From NCBI GenBank assembly GCA_963745025.1, contig CAVUWD010000016.1:288001-352000 (forward strand): a stretch of DNA of 64,000 bases, read 5' to 3'. The DNA comes from an uncultured delta proteobacterium (lineage in GTDB: Bacteria > Desulfobacterota > Binatia > JACPRU01). Position numbers and translations under genes: made by a program. The first letter of the stretch is position 1; each line of letters starts with the position of its first letter. The notes beneath the pieces are model-generated. The model had not been told where the DNA came from and made no database searches. It worked only from the letters and a program-made list of their open reading frames with translations. This document shows, in pieces, positions 50,365-60,493 of the stretch.

Positions 50365-52293
50365 ATGGCTTGGATGGTGACCATCGACAACGGCTCGACC
50401 TTCACCGACGGCTGTCTGCTCGCCGACGGCGAGCTCTCGACCGTGAAGGTGCTGACGACGCCGTACGACCTGATGCGCTGTTTCGTCGACGTGTTCAAAG
50501 GCCTGGCGCGCGAAGCGGGCCTCGCCTCGGAGAGCGAGCTGCTGCGCCGCGTCGAGGAAGTGCGCTACTCGACGACCTCGGGAACCAACGCGCTCTTGGT
50601 GCGCAAGGGCGTTCGCGTAGGCGTCATCACGGGCCCGGACGGAACGGCCGACCTCTACGGGTTGCGTCGCACCGACCCGAGCCTCGTCGATGCGCTGGTG
50701 GGCGACCGGGTCGTCGCCTACGTCGTCGGTGAGGGCCTGGCGCGCGACGTCGACGACCGCATTCTGCCCCCGATCCGCCAGCTGCTCGCGCGCGGCGCGC
50801 AGTGGATCGTCGTGTCCTTGCCCGAGCCGTGGGGGGCGCGCGCCGAGCGCGACTTCAAGCGCAGCCACATGAAGCTTCTTCCCGGGCACCTCCTCGGCTC
50901 CGTGCCCGTGCTCTATTCGCGCGAGATCTGCGCCGATCCGGACGACGCGCGGCGCACCGCCACCGCGATCCTCAACGGCTTTCTGCACCGCGAGATGGCG
51001 CGGTTCCTGTACCACGCCGAAGCGTGGGTGCGGGACCACCACGTCGCCCAGCCACTGCGAATCATGCGCAACGACGGCGCTTGCGGACGCGTCGCCAAGA
51101 CCACCGCGGTCAAGACGCTCGACTCGGGCCCGATGGGCGGCCTGGCGGGTGCCGCGGCACTTGCCCGCATTTCTGGCGAGAGCAAGCTGGTGACGCTCGA
51201 CGTCGGGGGCACGAGCTCCGACATCGGTGTGATCGACGGCGATCGCCCGGCATTCGATCTCTTCGGGTCGGTGCACGGACTGCCGCTGTCGTTCTCGTTT
51301 CCCCAGCTGCGCACCGCCGCGCTCGGCGGGGGGTCGCTGTTCCGGGTCGAGGGGGGAGCGATTCGTATCGGTCCGGAGAGCGCCGGGGCGCTGCCCGGAC
51401 CGGCGTGCTTCGGCCGCGGTGGCAACGAGGCCACGCTGACGGATGCTGCGTTGATCGTCGGCTATCTCGATGCCAAGCGCTTCGCGGCCGGCGCCATCGC
51501 GCTGCGTACGGAGCTCGCCGCCAAGGCGATCGAAGAGCGCATCGCCAAGCCGCTCGGCCTTCAAGGCGCGAGCGCCGGGGCGGCGGCGATGATCGAGGCC
51601 TTCGCCGACCGGCTCGCCGCGGAGGTGTCACTCGTGCTCGGCCGGCGTGGCTGGAAGCCCGCGGACACCGCGCTCGCCGTGTTCGGTGGGTCGGGGCCGC
51701 TGCTGTCCTGCCTCGTCGCCGACCGCATGGGGCTTCGGCGCGTGATCGTCCCGCCCGCCTCGTCGAGCTTCAGCGCCCTCGGCGTCGGCTTCAGCGAGCT
51801 CGCCCACGAGTACCGGGCGCTGCTGACGGGTCCGGTAGCGGCGGACGCCTGGCGGATGGTCGTCGAGGAGCTCCGCGAGCGCGCGCAGCGCGACATGTTC
51901 GGGGAGGGCGTGGAAGGCGTGGAGTGCCGCGTGACGATGCGCGCTCGCGATGAGGACGGTGGCGCGGAGCATGCCGTATCGGATTCCCGCGACCCGCCGG
52001 AATCGCTGCGCGCCGGCAAGGGCCGCTTCGCGCTCGATTACCGCCTCGGCGTGACGGGGAGTGGCCGCAAGGAATTTCCGCGCTGGGCTGCTGAGGGAGC
52101 GCGAGCGGAGCATGCCGGCGAGCGGATCGTGCTCGTCGGACGAGAGACCAGGAGCGTACGGGTGCTCGACGCCGGCGCGCTCGGCGGAACCGTGAGCGGG
52201 CCGTGCCTGCTCGAGACGCCCTTCTGGAGCGCGGTCGTTCCAACCGGTTGGAACGTGGCCGAGACGGGATATGGGCTCCGACTGAACCGATAG
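50365..52293 (+). CDS. apcA: Hydantoinase A/oxoprolinase-family ATP-binding subunit (acetophenone carboxylase-like, first ATPase subunit)
   Basis: IDNGSTFTD, STTSGTNAL, SGPMGG, DVGGTSSD, GPESAGALPGPAC, TDA, SFSALG. Confidence 0.8.
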   Translation: MAWMVTIDNGSTFTDGCLLADGELSTVKVLTTPYDLMRCFVDVFKGLAREAGLASESELLRRVEEVRYSTTSGTNALLVRKGVRVGVITGPDGTADLYGLRRTDPSLVDALVGDRVVAYVVGEGLARDVDDRILPPIRQLLARGAQWIVVSLPEPWGARAERDFKRSHMKLLPGHLLGSVPVLYSREICADPDDARRTATAILNGFLHREMARFLYHAEAWVRDHHVAQPLRIMRNDGACGRVAKTTAVKTLDSGPMGGLAGAAALARISGESKLVTLDVGGTSSDIGVIDGDRPAFDLFGSVHGLPLSFSFPQLRTAALGGGSLFRVEGGAIRIGPESAGALPGPACFGRGGNEATLTDAALIVGYLDAKRFAAGAIALRTELAAKAIEERIAKPLGLQGASAGAAAMIEAFADRLAAEVSLVLGRRGWKPADTALAVFGGSGPLLSCLVADRMGLRRVIVPPASSSFSALGVGFSELAHEYRALLTGPVAADAWRMVVEELRERAQRDMFGEGVEGVECRVTMRARDEDGGAEHAVSDSRDPPESLRAGKGRFALDYRLGVTGSGRKEFPRWAAEGARAEHAGERIVLVGRETRSVRVLDAGALGGTVSGPCLLETPFWSAVVPTGWNVAETGYGLRLNR

Positions 52294-52303
52294 GAGGCGC
52301 CGC

Positions 52304-52663
52304 ATGCAAGTCGTCATTACCGAGTACCTCGAGATCGAGCTCGAGCAGGAGCGCTGGCGTTGCCGGCGCTGCCAGCACGACCTCGGCTCCGCGCGGGACA
52401 ACTACAAGCGTGGCCTGCTGGTCCACGACCGCGATCCCAAGGAGATCCACCGTCCGATCATCGATCCGAAGAAGTATCGCTACACGTTCGCGCCGGATTC
52501 GAAATGGTGCCGGATCCTCGAATACTACTGCCCGGGCTGCGGGGTGCAGATGGAGACGGAATACCTGCCCCCAGGCCATCCACCGACCCACGACATCGAG
52601 CTCGACATCGACGACTTGAAGCGGCGCTTCGCCGGCAACGCGGAGAAGATCGAGAGAGCGTAA
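52304..52663 (+). CDS. apcB: Acetophenone/acetone carboxylase small Zn-binding subunit
   Basis: TEYLEI, CRRC, NYK.G, EIH, EYYCPGCG..METEYLPPGHP..DIELDID. Confidence 0.9.
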   Translation: MQVVITEYLEIELEQERWRCRRCQHDLGSARDNYKRGLLVHDRDPKEIHRPIIDPKKYRYTFAPDSKWCRILEYYCPGCGVQMETEYLPPGHPPTHDIELDIDDLKRRFAGNAEKIERA

Positions 52664-52688
52664 AGACGTAGACGGAAGGAGAGCGCGC

Positions 52689-54821
52689 GTGCGTCGACTA
52701 TCGATCGACATCGGTGGAACGTTCACCGATTGCTTCCTCGAGTGGGATGGCCGTCACATCGAGGCCAAGGCCCTCACCACTCACCACAACCTTTCGCTCG
52801 GCTTCCTCGAGGCGGTCGGCCGTGCGGCCGAGGACGCGGGCAAGACACCGGAGAGCGTCCTGTCCTCGGTCGATTCGGTCCGCTACGGGACGACGCTCGG
52901 CACGAACGCGCTGATCGAGCGCAAGGGGCCGCGGATCGGCGTGCTCGTCACCGCCGGCTTCGAGAGCGGCCTCCGCCTGTCGCGCGGGCGCGGTTACGGC
53001 GAGGGCCTGCCGCGCCACCTACAGGTCGATCTCGGGCGGGCGACGCGCCCGGATCCTTTGGTGCCGAACTCGCTGGTCGTCGGCATCCAGGAGCGCATCG
53101 ATTTCCTCGGTGAGGTGGTGATCCCGATCAACGTCGAGGACGTGCGCACGAAGATTCGCCGTCTCGTCGACAACGGCGCTGAAGCGTTCGTGATCTCGCT
53201 GGTGAACTCGGTCGTGAACGACAAACACGAAGAGATCGTCGAGCAGGTGATCCGCGACGAGTACCCGTCGAGCCTGCTCGGGTCGTTTCCGGTCATTCTC
53301 TCGCATCGCATCTCGCGCCGCAAATCCGAGTACGCCCGCACGATGGCGGCGGTGATCTGCGGCTATCTCCACGAGCACATGTTCTACTCGCTCGGTACCC
53401 TCGAGGACGCGCTTCGTGAGCGCGGTTACCAAAAGCCGGTTTTGCTGATCCACAACACGGGCGGCATGGCGGCTCTCGAGTCGACCCACGCTCTCCAGAC
53501 CATTCACTCGGGTCCGGTCGCCGGTCTGGCAGCCTCGCAGCACCTGACGCGGGAGTACGACATCCCGCTGATCATCGCGACCGACATGGGCGGTACGTCG
53601 TTCGACATCGGCATCATCGAGCGAGACGGCACCTGGATCTACGATTTCCATCCGGTCGTCGATCGCTGGCTGGTGTCGACGCCGATGGTCTATCTGCAGA
53701 CGCTCGGCGCCGGCGGCGGATCGATCGCGCGCTATGATCGCTTATGGCGCTCGGTCGAAGTGGGACCGGATTCCGCCGGGTCGGATCCGGGCCCCGCCGC
53801 GTACGCCCGCGGCGGAAGCCGGCCGACGGTGTCCGACGCCGACCTCGTGCTCGGTTACCTGAACCCCGAATACTACGCCGACGGCACGATCCCCCTCGAC
53901 GTCTCATTCGCCGAGCTGGCGATCGAAGAACACGTCGCGGAGCCGCTCGGCATCTCGGTCCTCGAGGCCGCGAAGCTCATCAAGCGGAAGGTCGACGCGA
54001 ACATGGCCGGCGCGATTTTCAAAGAGGTTGCGACGCGAGGCTTCGACCCGAAGAACCTGAAGCTCCTGTCCTACGGCGGCGGTGGTCCGGTGCACTGCTG
54101 TGGATTCGCCCGCGCCCTCGAGGCCAAGAGCGTGCTCGTGCCGCCGTTCGCCTCCGTGTTCTCGGCGTTCGGCGCCGGCAATCTCGGGCAGCTGCACATC
54201 CACGAGCGCTCCGCGTACCTGGTCGTCTACAACCCGCTCACCCGCCAGATGACGCTCGACATCAGCATCGTGAACGGCATGATCGACGAGCTCGAGCAGC
54301 TCGGACGCGACGACCTCGTGCGGCAGGGCTTCCAGCCGAAGGACGTTCAGTATCAGGTCGAGTTCGACATGCGCTACGGAAACCAGCTCGTCCAGCTCTC
54401 CGTGCTGTCCCCCGTCAAGAGACTGAAGGACATCGACGACGTGCTGGCGATGATCGAGGTCTTCAGCAAGACGTACGCATCGCGCTTCGGCGCGAAAGCG
54501 TCGGCTCCGGAAGCCGGCATCAAGATCATCGCGGTGCGCGTGCTCTCCTGGGTGCCCGCGGAGAAGATCCCGCTCGCCGGCCACAACGGAGCGAAGGAAT
54601 ACAAGCCGAAGGCGAGCGGCTCCCGCACGTGCCACTTCTGGACGGAGGAGCAGCCGATCGATACGCCGATCTATCGCTGGACCGACATGAAGGCCGGCGC
54701 CGTCGTCGACGGGCCCGCCATCGTCGAATCCCCGCACACCACGTTCGTCGTCGAGTCGGGCTGGGACTTCCACCTGGGCTCCGCGGGCGAAGTGTGGCTG
54801 AACGACATCACGAAGAAGTAG
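52689..54821 (+). CDS. apcC: Hydantoinase A-family ATP-binding subunit (acetophenone carboxylase-like, second ATPase subunit)
   Basis: IDIGGTFTD, GTTLGTNALIER, SGPVAG, DMGGTSFD, GAGGGS, SAGSDPGP, YGGGGP.H. Confidence 0.85.
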   Translation: MRRLSIDIGGTFTDCFLEWDGRHIEAKALTTHHNLSLGFLEAVGRAAEDAGKTPESVLSSVDSVRYGTTLGTNALIERKGPRIGVLVTAGFESGLRLSRGRGYGEGLPRHLQVDLGRATRPDPLVPNSLVVGIQERIDFLGEVVIPINVEDVRTKIRRLVDNGAEAFVISLVNSVVNDKHEEIVEQVIRDEYPSSLLGSFPVILSHRISRRKSEYARTMAAVICGYLHEHMFYSLGTLEDALRERGYQKPVLLIHNTGGMAALESTHALQTIHSGPVAGLAASQHLTREYDIPLIIATDMGGTSFDIGIIERDGTWIYDFHPVVDRWLVSTPMVYLQTLGAGGGSIARYDRLWRSVEVGPDSAGSDPGPAAYARGGSRPTVSDADLVLGYLNPEYYADGTIPLDVSFAELAIEEHVAEPLGISVLEAAKLIKRKVDANMAGAIFKEVATRGFDPKNLKLLSYGGGGPVHCCGFARALEAKSVLVPPFASVFSAFGAGNLGQLHIHERSAYLVVYNPLTRQMTLDISIVNGMIDELEQLGRDDLVRQGFQPKDVQYQVEFDMRYGNQLVQLSVLSPVKRLKDIDDVLAMIEVFSKTYASRFGAKASAPEAGIKIIAVRVLSWVPAEKIPLAGHNGAKEYKPKASGSRTCHFWTEEQPIDTPIYRWTDMKAGAVVDGPAIVESPHTTFVVESGWDFHLGSAGEVWLNDITKK

Positions 54822-54833
54822 CCGGAGGATTCC

Positions 54834-57062
54834 ATGGCCGCTGAGAAGAGCAAGCTCGACAAGTTCCTCGAGGATACCGTCGTCTTCCTCGGACCGGATC
54901 GCGAGATCCTGAAGGATCATCGCCTCGCCCCTCGCGACGAGCGCGAGGAGCGCGTCATGCGGGAGCACAAGGATCCGCACAAGATCAGCCTGATTCGGGC
55001 GAAGCTCGAAGTGCTCGCGGAAGAAGCCTTCGATCAGCTCGAGCAGACCGGCGCGGCGGCGGGTGCAAAGTGGGGAGACCTGATTGCCGGCGTGTTCACG
55101 GCATCGGGCGACCTCGCGCAGGCGTCGACGGGCGGCGTGCTGATCTTTTCGGTCGTCTGCCAGCCGGTGCTCCGCTACATCAACAAGTACTGGGGAAGCG
55201 AGCCGACCGTGGGGATCAGGCCCGGCGACGTCTTCATGTCGACCGACCCGCGCTACGGCAACATCCACACCCCCGACCAGAACACGATCCTGCCGATCTT
55301 CGACGACGAGGGGAAGCTCGTGCTGTGGGTCGTCGTGATCGTGCACGAGGGCGAGAACGGCTCGGTCGAGCCGGGCGGCATGCCCTCGGCCGCCGAGTCA
55401 CCGTACATGGAGGGCATCCGCATGCCTCCCTGCAAGGTCGGCGAGAACTACGAGTACAAGAAGGACTGGGTCACGTATCTGCAGAACAGCGTGCGCGATC
55501 CGATGCTGCAGGTGCAGGACATGAAGGTCCGGCTCGCCGCCTGCCTGAAGATGCGCGAACGCATCAAGGACATCGCGAAGGAATACGGCTGGGACGCGCT
55601 CGCCTCGACGCTTCGCTGGACGCTCGAGGATACCGAGGCCGAGGTTCGTCGGCGTCTCCGGGCGTGGCCGGAGGGCGTGGTGCGCTCCATCGCGTGGACC
55701 GACTCGACGCTGCGCGAGAACGCACTCATCAAGATCTCGCTCGAAGCCAGGAAGAAGGACGACGAGCTGATTCTCGACTTCCGGGGCACGAGCCCGCAGT
55801 TCGTGAACCGCTCGATCAACACGCAGCTGCACGCGCTGAAGGGCATGCTCGCCCAGGTGTTCCTGACGTTCGTCTGGCCCGATCTGCCGCGCAATCAGGC
55901 GGTGTTCGCGCCGATGCGCCTGATGAGCGACTGGGGTTCCGCGCTCGATTCGACGCCGGAGGCGCCGAACGCGCAGAGCATGATGACGTTCTTCCCGGGC
56001 TTCACGGCGCTTCAGATGTGCGTGTCGAAGTTCCTCTATCCCACCACGACGCGCTACACGAAGATCCTCGCGCCCTGGTACAACATGATCACCACGTTCA
56101 TCTACGGCGGCGTGAACCAGTACGGTGAGACCGTCGGCAACCTGTGCGCCGACCTGAACGGCATGAGCGGCGGGGCGCGCGAGGACCAGGACGGCGAGCA
56201 CTCGATCGCGCCGATCTTCGCGGCCATGACCGACCTCGGCGAGAGCGAGATCCTCGAGGAAGAGACGCCGATCGTCAAGATCGTCCCGAACCGGCTGCTC
56301 GAGGACAACCAGGGCTTCGGCAGGTTTCGCGGCGGCAGCGGCTACCAGGTGATCGGCACCGTGCGCCGCTCCGACATGTTCGGCTTCATGACGACGTGCA
56401 CGGGATCGAAGTTCCCGACCACATACGGTCTCTACGGCGGATACGGCGCGCCGTCGTACCCGCTCTGCAAGATCAAGGGAGTCAACGCGTTCGAAACGCT
56501 GAAGGACCTGCCGGAAGCGGAGTGGACGATTCCCGGCCTGATGAACGGTCAACCGTTCGAGGGCGCGAAGTACTCGACGCACCACATGGGCATGCAGTTC
56601 GAGATCGTGAAGCAGGGCGAGCTCTACATGATCTGCCAAGGGGCGGGCGGGGGCTACGGCGATCCGCTCGAGCGCGATCCCGAGGCGGTCACGCGCGACC
56701 TCCGAGACGGGCTGATCTCGGGCCGCACCGCCAAGGAGCTGTACTTCGTCGCCTATGACGAGCGCACGCTCTCCGTCGACGCGGAGGGTACCGAGAGGCT
56801 TCGCCAGGCCGAGCGCGAAGCGCGGAAGAAGCGCGGCAAACCGTTCGACGCGTTCGTCAGGGAATGGGTCAAGCCGGAACCGCCGAAAGACCTGCCGTAC
56901 TACGGCCCGTGGGGCGACCGCGAGGAGATCTACCTCGGCAGTCCGGACAACAAGGTGGCGCGCGGCACCTGCCTGGGGATCACCATGACCGATCCTCGCG
57001 AGGTGCGGATCGCCGAGCTCGAGAAGAAGCTGCGCGATCTCGGCGTCGAGCTCGCGCTATAG
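54834..57062 (+). CDS. apcD: Hydantoinase B-family metal-binding catalytic subunit (acetophenone/acetone carboxylase-like)
   Basis: HTPD (HxxD) and VHEGE candidate metal ligands, EG.RMPP, G.GRFRGG, GAGGGYGDPLERDP. Confidence 0.85.
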   Translation: MAAEKSKLDKFLEDTVVFLGPDREILKDHRLAPRDEREERVMREHKDPHKISLIRAKLEVLAEEAFDQLEQTGAAAGAKWGDLIAGVFTASGDLAQASTGGVLIFSVVCQPVLRYINKYWGSEPTVGIRPGDVFMSTDPRYGNIHTPDQNTILPIFDDEGKLVLWVVVIVHEGENGSVEPGGMPSAAESPYMEGIRMPPCKVGENYEYKKDWVTYLQNSVRDPMLQVQDMKVRLAACLKMRERIKDIAKEYGWDALASTLRWTLEDTEAEVRRRLRAWPEGVVRSIAWTDSTLRENALIKISLEARKKDDELILDFRGTSPQFVNRSINTQLHALKGMLAQVFLTFVWPDLPRNQAVFAPMRLMSDWGSALDSTPEAPNAQSMMTFFPGFTALQMCVSKFLYPTTTRYTKILAPWYNMITTFIYGGVNQYGETVGNLCADLNGMSGGAREDQDGEHSIAPIFAAMTDLGESEILEEETPIVKIVPNRLLEDNQGFGRFRGGSGYQVIGTVRRSDMFGFMTTCTGSKFPTTYGLYGGYGAPSYPLCKIKGVNAFETLKDLPEAEWTIPGLMNGQPFEGAKYSTHHMGMQFEIVKQGELYMICQGAGGGYGDPLERDPEAVTRDLRDGLISGRTAKELYFVAYDERTLSVDAEGTERLRQAEREARKKRGKPFDAFVREWVKPEPPKDLPYYGPWGDREEIYLGSPDNKVARGTCLGITMTDPREVRIAELEKKLRDLGVELAL

Positions 57063-57065
57063 GCA

Positions 57066-57836
57066 ATGCTCGACGGCCAGCAACGCTCCGTTTGGCTGCG
57101 CGTCGCTGCGGGAATCGAGACGCTCTCGGGCCTCGGCCGAAGTGTCTGGAATGAGCCGGCGGCAGGCCGCAACGCGCTACGTGAGCTACTGTCGGTCTTG
57201 CCGCTGACGCACGTGCAGGTCGACCTCGCGGCTCTACGCGGACGGAGCGATCCCGCGGCCGATTGGAAGGCCGTGTTGTCGCGAGCCGCCGACTGGGCGG
57301 ACGTGCTCCGCGAAACCGCCGCGGCGATGGCGGACGCGGTGCGCGGTCGCGCCGTCTGGGGTCTCGGCATGCCGAGCCCGGCCGCGGTCGCCGAAGATCT
57401 CGGCGACTCGAGCGAGCGCGGCGTGCTCAAAGCGGGTCTGCAGCTCGCGGGCTTCCTGCAGGGATTTCGCGAAGCGGGGCTCGCCTTCGTCGCGCTCGAC
57501 CTCACCAGCGGCGCCGTGGCGGACAAGGCGGTCGCTCCCCTTCTGCGCAACGCCGAGCTGTACGGCTGGCGGCGCGCCGTCGTGCTCGGGGACATCGCAC
57601 AGGCGAGCGCCGGGGCAGAGATCCGTCTCGCCGCCGGGCAAGACTATCAAACGCTGACCGGTGCCTGGGAGCGGGGCGAGCTCATCGGCGGCGGTCTCGA
57701 CGGGGCGTTCTGGGCCGGCCAGCCGCCACCGCGGCCGGCACCGGCGCGTGCGCTCCTCTTCGGCGCGATCCCCGCAGGCCTCGAAGCCGCCGCGATCGTC
57801 GCCGCCGGGCGAAGCCTGCAGGCGTGGATGGCGTGA
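57066..57836 (+). CDS. apcE: Putative ApcE-like accessory subunit
   Basis: Fifth gene of the operon, between apcD and the CoA ligase as in Aromatoleum; PSP, FL..F, P...AE.Y.W and G.IP pattern recalled from ApcE-like proteins. Confidence 0.6.
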   Translation: MLDGQQRSVWLRVAAGIETLSGLGRSVWNEPAAGRNALRELLSVLPLTHVQVDLAALRGRSDPAADWKAVLSRAADWADVLRETAAAMADAVRGRAVWGLGMPSPAAVAEDLGDSSERGVLKAGLQLAGFLQGFREAGLAFVALDLTSGAVADKAVAPLLRNAELYGWRRAVVLGDIAQASAGAEIRLAAGQDYQTLTGAWERGELIGGGLDGAFWAGQPPPRPAPARALLFGAIPAGLEAAAIVAAGRSLQAWMA

Positions 57837-57840
57837 GCGG

Positions 57841-59451
57841 ATGCTGAGCCTGCCGACCGAACGCTGGACACTGGTCGAGCTCGCGCGCCGCCAAGCCGAG
57901 AGCTACGGCGAGCGCGAATTCATGCGCTTCGAGGACGGCACCGCGCTCTCCTTTGCCGAGCTCGACCGTCGCAGTACGCGCCTCGCCCATGCGCTCGACG
58001 CGCTCGGGCTCCGCCCGGGCGATCGTCTGCTCGCGCTCTTGCTGAACGGTCCGTCGTTCCTGCCGCTGCTGCTCGCGACCAACAAGGTCGGGGCCGTCTT
58101 CGTGACGGTGAACACGGAGCTCAAGGGGGCATTTCTCGAACACCAGCTCCGCAACAGCGGCCCGCGCATCGTCGCCGTGGATCGCGAGCTCGCCAAGGCG
58201 TTCTCGGGAATCGACCTCGCGGGAGTCGAGTCGGTCCTCCTCGTCGGCGACGGCGGGCCGGGCGTCGAGGCGCTCGAAGGTCCTCGGCTTCTCGACCTCG
58301 ACGCGCTAGAGAGTCCGATCGAGAATCCAAACCCCCTCGTCGAGCCTCTCGCGCGGGACATCGCGACGGTGATCTACACTTCCGGCACGACGGGCCCCTC
58401 GAAAGGCGTGCTCATGCCGCACGCGCACGCCTACCTGATGGGCTACACGCTCGCGCGGCGGCTCGCGATCACCGAGGACGACCTCTACTACGTCTGCATG
58501 CCGATGTTTCACTCCAACGCTCTGTTCATGCAGACGATCGGCAGCTTGATCGCCGGCGCGCGTGTGTTCGTCGTGCGACGCTTCAGTCCATCGCGCTGGC
58601 TCGAGGACGTCCGGCGGACGGGAGCGACGTTGACGAACGGCCTCGGCGTGATGCCCGAGTTCATCTTCCGCCAGCCCCCGAGCGACAACGATCGCCGTCA
58701 CCGCCTGCGCGCGATGATGGCCGTGCCGATCGCCGCCGAGTGGGGACGCGCATTCGAGGAGCGCTTCGGCGTGCCCCTCGTCCAGGGGTACGGCATGACG
58801 GAGATCAACATCGTCGCCTACACGGCTCCCGGAGATGGCGTGGAGCCCGGCTGCGCCGGCCTCGTCCTCGAGGAGTTCTTCGACTTGAGACTCGTCGACG
58901 GCGAGGATCGCCCGGTGCCGGCCGGCCAGACGGGCGAGATCGTCGTACGGCCGAAGCGACCCTGGTGCTTCATGGCGGGGTATCAGCGAATGCCCGAGAA
59001 GACCGTCGAGGCGTGGCGGAACCTGTGGTTTCACACGGGCGATGCGGGGCGTTTCGATGCGCGCGGCCGGCTCTTCTTCGTCGATCGCATCAAAGACTGC
59101 ATCCGCAGACGCGGCGAGAACATCTCGTCGTTCGAGATCGAGCAGGTCATCGGCTCGCATCCGGAGGTCGCCGAGTGCGCGGTCGTGGCCGTGAAGGCGA
59201 CCGACCAAGGTGGGGAGGACGAGATCAAAGCCTGCGTCGTGGTCAAACCAGGCGCGGTGCTCGCCGCCGAAGCGCTCCTCGATCATTGCCAGGAGCGCAT
59301 GCCGAGGTTCGCCGTGCCGCGCTTCGTCGAGTTCGTCACCGCGCTGCCGAAGACCGCCACGGGAAAGCTGCAGAAGGAAGAGCTACGGCGCCACGGTAGA
59401 ACCCCCTCGACGTGGGACCGAGAATCGGTCGGATACGTCGTGCGGCGCTGA
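57841..59451 (+). CDS. Acyl-CoA synthetase (CaiC-like; positional analogue of benzoylacetate-CoA ligase)
   Basis: YTSGTTGPSKG, GYGMTE, FHTGD, DRIKD.IRRRGENISS.E, LPKTATGK. Confidence 0.92.
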   Translation: MLSLPTERWTLVELARRQAESYGEREFMRFEDGTALSFAELDRRSTRLAHALDALGLRPGDRLLALLLNGPSFLPLLLATNKVGAVFVTVNTELKGAFLEHQLRNSGPRIVAVDRELAKAFSGIDLAGVESVLLVGDGGPGVEALEGPRLLDLDALESPIENPNPLVEPLARDIATVIYTSGTTGPSKGVLMPHAHAYLMGYTLARRLAITEDDLYYVCMPMFHSNALFMQTIGSLIAGARVFVVRRFSPSRWLEDVRRTGATLTNGLGVMPEFIFRQPPSDNDRRHRLRAMMAVPIAAEWGRAFEERFGVPLVQGYGMTEINIVAYTAPGDGVEPGCAGLVLEEFFDLRLVDGEDRPVPAGQTGEIVVRPKRPWCFMAGYQRMPEKTVEAWRNLWFHTGDAGRFDARGRLFFVDRIKDCIRRRGENISSFEIEQVIGSHPEVAECAVVAVKATDQGGEDEIKACVVVKPGAVLAAEALLDHCQERMPRFAVPRFVEFVTALPKTATGKLQKEELRRHGRTPSTWDRESVGYVVRR

Positions 59452-59473
59452 GCCGGGCGAGTTCGTGACAACT

Positions 59474-59523
59474 CCCCCTCACCCGGCCTTCGGCCGACCT
59501 CGCCCCAACGGGGGGTAGAGGTG
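59474..59523. repeat. CIR/RPE-like palindromic repeat
   Basis: CCCCCTCACCCGGCCTTCGGCCGACCTCGCCCC...GGGGG.AGAGGT double hairpin between convergent genes. Confidence 0.6.
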
Positions 59524-60210
59524 AAAAGACTGGCCGGCGCGTGCTCCACGGGGTGAGCCTCGAGCGCCGCCGGACCGGCGTCGCTCCGGCCGTGTCGGCT
59601 CGCTCTCCGGGTGGAGGAGGCCGTGGCGCAACAGCCGCGACAGCTCGGCGTAGGCTTCGGTCATCGAGAAATTGGCGGCTACGAGAAAGTCCGGCTGAGA
59701 GACGCGTCGGTAGGCATGGGTGAAGACCTCCGCGACGAGATACGGATCGAGCCCGCGAAAGACGCCATGACGAGTCCCGTCGACGACGATCTTGCGGACA
59801 CCTTCCATGCGCCGTCGCTGGTGGTCATCGAGCATTCGCTTGGCGGGCAAGAAGCCGGCGATGTCGCTGAACAGGATGTTGCGCGTCCGCGCGACCTCGC
59901 GGATTCCTGGCGCGAGATAGGCCTCGATACGCGCGGCGGGGTCAGGGGCTGCTGCTGCTGCGGCCTCCCCCTGGCGGCGGATGCGCTCGAGAAAGCGGTC
60001 GAGGACCATCAAGAACAAATCCTCCTTGCTCGCCGCGAGCTCGTAGAGCGTGCGGCGCGAGCAGCGGAGGCGGGCGGCCAGGTCGCCGACGCTGACGCGT
60101 CGAAAGCCCTCGGTCAAGAAGATCTCTTCGATCGTGTCGAGCGTCCGCGCCGCGCGAGACGCGACCAACGACAGGCGCGGAGAGGAGGGAAGGGATTTTG
60201 CTCTTGCCAA
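59479..60210 (-). CDS. TetR/AcrR family regulator (copy 2, paralog of 49622-50290)
   Basis: FLTEGF....GDLAARLRCSRRTLY.....EDLF; shared G.FRG...L.AEV and HGLL; start uncertain. Confidence 0.87.
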   Translation of the reverse strand: MARAKSLPSSPRLSLVASRAARTLDTIEEIFLTEGFRRVSVGDLAARLRCSRRTLYELAASKEDLFLMVLDRFLERIRRQGEAAAAAAPDPAARIEAYLAPGIREVARTRNILFSDIAGFLPAKRMLDDHQRRRMEGVRKIVVDGTRHGVFRGLDPYLVAEVFTHAYRRVSQPDFLVAANFSMTEAYAELSRLLRHGLLHPESEPTRPERRRSGGARGSPRGARAGQSFHLYPPLGRGRPKAG

Positions 60211-60403
60211 GGTCGTGCGGTCCGTGGTACGGCCGGTACCAGTTTTCGGTAAGTGATACCAGACGATCGTCGTACGAGCCCACGCCATTGCCCACGAATC
60301 CGCGCCCGCGCGATGCTGTCGCGGAGCGAGCACGAGACGAGCTTCATCGAGGTGATCAAAGGCGACGGGCAATGATGCGGATGGATCTGAGGGAGATGAG
60401 CAC

Positions 60404-60472
60404 CGGCTACCGGCAACAGGAAAGGCGCCGCTAAGGCTTTGCCGGTAGCCGGAAGTCGGTAGCCGGAAGCCG
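60404..60472. repeat. Heptamer-unit palindromic intergenic repeat, copy E
   Basis: CGGCTAC CGGCAAC AGG...CCGGTAG CCGGAAG TCGGTAG CCGGAAG CCG. Confidence 0.75.
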
Positions 60473-60493
60473 AACTCGCATAGGAGGTACATC

